DNA from: Fidelibacterota bacterium
GTDB taxonomy: Bacteria; Fidelibacterota; Marinisomatia; Marinisomatales; UBA2128
Length of the DNA: 51,874 nt
Assembly (NCBI GenBank): GCA_046861645.1
Contig: JBHHUM010000010.1
Coordinates: 1 to 51,874 of the forward strand
Direction of reading: 5' to 3'
Part shown: positions 48,658-51,874 of the stretch, one piece after another
Numbering within the stretch: the stretch's first letter is position 1
Layout: each line of letters opens with the position of its first letter
The notes under the pieces: generated by a model
What the model was told of the DNA's origin: nothing
Database searches by the model: none
What the model saw: only the letters and a program-made list of their open reading frames with translations
Translations under genes and position numbers: made by a program

Positions 48658-49920
48658 ATGAAAGTACTTGAAAAATATTTGATCTGCTGTTCGCTCACGG
48701 GTCTATTAATGTCTTCGATTATGGAGGCTATACCCTTATCTGGTATGGTGTCCTCCTCAGGATACTACTTCACTCGTCAGAGCCGGACTGAGCAAGGAAC
48801 TTCTCACCTGTTATTACACGAATCTTTTCGCTTAAAATACCAGAGAAGGGATAATCTAACATTCAACGCATCGGGAGTTTTTGCCTTAGACCCGTTAAAC
48901 AGCTCGATTAATCCATTTTTCAATTTATATACCTTAAGTGTTAGCAAAAAAAATATGCTTTCTCTTTTTGACCTCAAGTTCGGTAGGCTATTCGTTTTTG
49001 ATCAATCCAACTCCGGGCGAATCGATGGATTAAACCTGCAAGGATCATTTTTATCAAAGACGAAATACACTGTCTATGCTGGTGGACTCGTGTTTTCTGA
49101 TGGCGGTTTTTCCAATCCTATGGAAAGTCATTTATTGGGCATTAATATTTCCTGGCAGTTAAAGGATGATGCAAAATTATCTTTTGCTCTATCACAGAAA
49201 GCCCGCAGTAGAGAAGTTTATACTCCATCATATTACCGAAATAATTTCTACGGGGATTACTCTAAATCCATTGAACTTCCCACTGTCTCAGAACGCCGTC
49301 TGGGATTACAATTGGATGTCCACAGAGACGCCTGGTCATTACATGTCGCTACTGTGGGTAATATTAAGTGGCTGAATATCCAACGATTCAACAGTATCCT
49401 GACTTACTCTAAAGGAAATTTCCAGAAACTGCTGTTCGAATATTATTTCAGACGTCCAAGAATCGACTACAACTCAATTTTTTCAGTATTTGATTCACAA
49501 ACCCATCAACAATTCTCCGCTTCTACCATCTATATGGTACGTTCCAAATATCACATTTCCTCAAAACTCCAAACTACACTTTTCTCAGATGAAACGAGTT
49601 TTCTATCTACCTTTGGTGTGGGAACAGATAAAGTGTCTGTTCAATACAAATTTCAGACTGGATATGGTGGAGAATTTCATTGGGGAACTTTAAGAGGACA
49701 AAGACGAGTTTTAACTTCTCTCACGATTAGAGCAAACCTTAATGTAGGAAACTACAAACCACTTGACAATTCCTGGGAGAGTCTGGCAACAATCATGGCT
49801 GGAATCAGCTATAAACCCACTCAATTCCTTACTTTTAGTGCTGACGTCCATTTACTAAAAAATCGGTATTATGACCATGACACTCGACTTCTGATTCGAG
49901 CGAATTATTTTATTAGATGA
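48658..49920 (+). CDS. Putative outer-membrane beta-barrel (porin partner of multiheme cytochrome)
   Basis: Signal peptide, many amphipathic strands, LKFGRLFV...RIDGL motif, C-terminal ANYFIR; ATGA overlap with the multiheme gene. Confidence 0.68.
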   Translation: MKVLEKYLICCSLTGLLMSSIMEAIPLSGMVSSSGYYFTRQSRTEQGTSHLLLHESFRLKYQRRDNLTFNASGVFALDPLNSSINPFFNLYTLSVSKKNMLSLFDLKFGRLFVFDQSNSGRIDGLNLQGSFLSKTKYTVYAGGLVFSDGGFSNPMESHLLGINISWQLKDDAKLSFALSQKARSREVYTPSYYRNNFYGDYSKSIELPTVSERRLGLQLDVHRDAWSLHVATVGNIKWLNIQRFNSILTYSKGNFQKLLFEYYFRRPRIDYNSIFSVFDSQTHQQFSASTIYMVRSKYHISSKLQTTLFSDETSFLSTFGVGTDKVSVQYKFQTGYGGEFHWGTLRGQRRVLTSLTIRANLNVGNYKPLDNSWESLATIMAGISYKPTQFLTFSADVHLLKNRYYDHDTRLLIRANYFIR

Positions 49921-51062
49921 ATAATTTTACTAAAACTTCACTTGCTCTAATACTTATATGGGGAGGAGGTTTGTATAGTCAAATTATTGAATTTGACCAC
50001 TATCTCCATGTAGAAGAGACAGAAATAAAGTGCAGTAAATGCCACAAGAATAAATTGATCAAGAACAGTCTCCATGCGTCAGACAATCTCCTACCGAAGG
50101 AGGCGTATTGTACTAAAAAGTGTCATAAGATCTGGCGTGATGAAGAGGAGTGTGAGATTTGTCATCTGGAAAATCCACCTTATGAAACTTTTCCCAGACG
50201 AAAAGTAAATTTCGACTTCCCCCATAAAACGCACGCCGTGGATCAACGCCTCCCCTGTGAAACTTGTCACGGAACTTTCGAAGAGGAAGGTGCTATACCC
50301 CTTATTCCCTCAATGACTGACTGCATAAGCTGTCATGAAGAAAAGTTGGCCAGGACATCTTGCCTTACCTGTCATGAACATCCTGAGGAACTTCGACCCA
50401 AAGGACATACTCCCTTCTGGCTTACCGAACATAAAATAGCTGCGCTAAGTAATCAAGAGGACTGCTCTTTTTGCCATACAGAAGGGAGTTGTAATAACTG
50501 TCATGCGGGAGGAACCCTCACTCAAGATAAGCTTTCAGCTATGAATCCTTTTCCTTCTTTCCGACCAGATGATACCCATACAACGATGACACTGGTTAGA
50601 AGCCATGATTTGAACTACGAATTCTTCCACGGACTTGATGCCAAGACCCAAGCCAGGGATTGTCAGGTATGTCACCAGACCGATTTCTGTTCAGATTGCC
50701 ATCAAAATGCTGATGATTTTCTTTTGAATAAACCTGATTTTCACGGGGGATTAGATTGGGGAGCTGTCAGGTATCCATCGGGAACAGATTTCGCTGATAT
50801 TACAGGTGGAACCCATGCTGAAATGGCCAGAAGGGACATAGAAGCGTGCCAAGCTTGTCATGATGTGGAAGGGGGTGATCCTGTTTGTCTGCAATGTCAC
50901 TTGGATGCTGATGGAATGAAAGGAACCGACCCAAAAACTCACACTACTGGCTTCATGAACAATATTCGTGGCGATTGGTGTGACCAGGAGATTTCACTCT
51001 GTTACACTTGTCACAGTTTTACCTTCCAAAAAGGGGATGGATTTTGCGGATACTGTCATTAA
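49917..51062 (+). CDS. Multiheme cytochrome c (13 CxxCH + 1 CxxxCH)
   Basis: Signal peptide; heme motifs counted in the supplied translation. Confidence 0.92.
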   Translation: MNNFTKTSLALILIWGGGLYSQIIEFDHYLHVEETEIKCSKCHKNKLIKNSLHASDNLLPKEAYCTKKCHKIWRDEEECEICHLENPPYETFPRRKVNFDFPHKTHAVDQRLPCETCHGTFEEEGAIPLIPSMTDCISCHEEKLARTSCLTCHEHPEELRPKGHTPFWLTEHKIAALSNQEDCSFCHTEGSCNNCHAGGTLTQDKLSAMNPFPSFRPDDTHTTMTLVRSHDLNYEFFHGLDAKTQARDCQVCHQTDFCSDCHQNADDFLLNKPDFHGGLDWGAVRYPSGTDFADITGGTHAEMARRDIEACQACHDVEGGDPVCLQCHLDADGMKGTDPKTHTTGFMNNIRGDWCDQEISLCYTCHSFTFQKGDGFCGYCH

Positions 51063-51436
51063 TAAATAAACAAAGCAATGTTGTTTTGTTATCAATAATA
51101 CTACTACTATTTCTTGTGGGATGCACTGAACTTTCTGAATCTATAACACAACCGGTTGAATCATCTTTAACTTATCTGCATAACATCCAACCCCTTTTAG
51201 AACGTAGTTGTGTACGCTGCCATGGTGGAGATACGATAAGGGGAGACTATGACCTCTCCACCTATGCAACTGCCGTAGACTCTTCAGTTAATATTTTACC
51301 AGGTGATTCCACGAGTCCACTATTGATACAAATCAGGAATGACGGTAGTGATAACATGTATCAATTCCTTAATAACCCTAATGATGCCGTATTAATTTTT
51401 AACTGGGTCGTTCTTGATAGTGCGGTCTTAGATTAA
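51062..51436 (+). CDS. Monoheme cytochrome c lipoprotein (planctomycete cytochrome C-like); start uncertain
   Basis: LVGC lipobox, IQPLLERSCVRCHGG, PGD...SPL; the natural start position is ATA (51062), not ATG. Confidence 0.65.
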   Translation: MNKQSNVVLLSIILLLFLVGCTELSESITQPVESSLTYLHNIQPLLERSCVRCHGGDTIRGDYDLSTYATAVDSSVNILPGDSTSPLLIQIRNDGSDNMYQFLNNPNDAVLIFNWVVLDSAVLD

Positions 51437-51498
51437 CTATACTCAATCAAACAGATAAGGAATCGAATCCCTCGAATTAGATTCATCTGATAATAAAT

Positions 51499-51801
51499 CT
51501 AACTCTCCCGGTTTAATCCCTTAATTTTTATACCTATAGTAATGATGAGATAAGTTATTATTAAAGAAAAAAAGAATAACCATATTCGACGACGTAGAGA
51601 TTCATCCATGCTTTTATTTGCTCCCAAGATAGCAGCCTGAGCAGCTTCAAATCCCGGTCTTGCTAATGAATCAACGTAGTCAATGTTGAAACTATGAATA
51701 TTCGTACGTGTCTGAATAAGTACTTTTTTGGCTTCCTCTAATGGGAAATAAAGGTCTGATAAGTTGTGTCCATAAATTTCTGTACTTTTGCTTCGGGTCA
51801 T
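51499..51801 (-). pseudogene. Orphan C-terminal helical/TM fragment resembling the tail of membrane-anchored multiheme cytochromes
   Basis: L.EA...L...RT..HSF...RR..L + TM pattern; no CxxCH; in-frame TAA 17 codons upstream of the ATG. Confidence 0.5.
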
Positions 51802-51874
51802 GGCTATTCTCCTTTCTATTGAATTTATCCCAACTGGGTCGGGACAAATTTAAGGGGAGACCGTGGCCCTTTTC

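Noticed and set aside
1164..50942. Numerous 60-130 aa ORFs overlapping larger genes in other frames or on the opposite strand
   Set aside because: Shadow ORFs with no motifs or RBS; the exceptions are 13301..13495 and 14389..14583, which are the N-termini of the Sec genes
1..51874. Alternative genetic code (TGA = Trp/Gly) as the explanation for the in-frame TGAs
   Set aside because: Many intact genes end in TGA, including ATGA overlaps, and long ORFs use TGG for Trp without internal TGA; read-through is confined to Cys-like positions followed by hairpins
1..51874. CRISPR arrays, tRNA/rRNA genes (including selC), intact transposases or integrases
   Set aside because: None recognised in this window; the Sec machinery would have to be encoded elsewhere

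Overview
AT-rich bacterial window from a diderm, probably FCB-group-like organism (inference from LPS genes, outer-membrane barrels and Gln immediately after signal peptides). It has four parts. (1) 0.3-12.3 kb: Usp, a porin and an LPS/surface-glycan cluster (waaF, two LicC-like cytidylyltransferases, LicD, two TagF-like transferases, sulfotransferase, wecB, MsbA-like ABC), then a GNAT and a His-rich Ni/Co-type membrane protein. (2) 12.4-33 kb: an accessory metal/redox region, almost all on the minus strand. The highlight is two tandem, translationally coupled secreted beta-barrel-like genes that the ORF caller split at in-frame TGA codons. Read through, their mature N-termini begin Q-U-P-L-U and Q-C-A-L-U, and each last TGA is followed by a GGTC-loop hairpin exactly 17 nt downstream (bacterial SECIS-like). 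They are therefore candidate outer-membrane selenoproteins, lying behind a MerT-HMA / CopZ-like / ArsR operon. This region also holds a SoxA/TsdA-like cytochrome module, thiol-redox genes, a CooA-type Crp/Fnr regulator with matching boxes, and an unannotated DUF2652-like pseudogene. (3) 33-39.4 kb: a ClC transporter, TrkH and a ClpB lacking its N-domain. (4) 40-51.4 kb: an Rrf2-led Qrc/ACIII-like respiratory operon extended by a porin plus 14-heme cytochrome pair (candidate extracellular electron transfer conduit), with signs of decay such as an in-frame TAA inside a heme motif. All family assignments are from motif recognition; no database searches were run.
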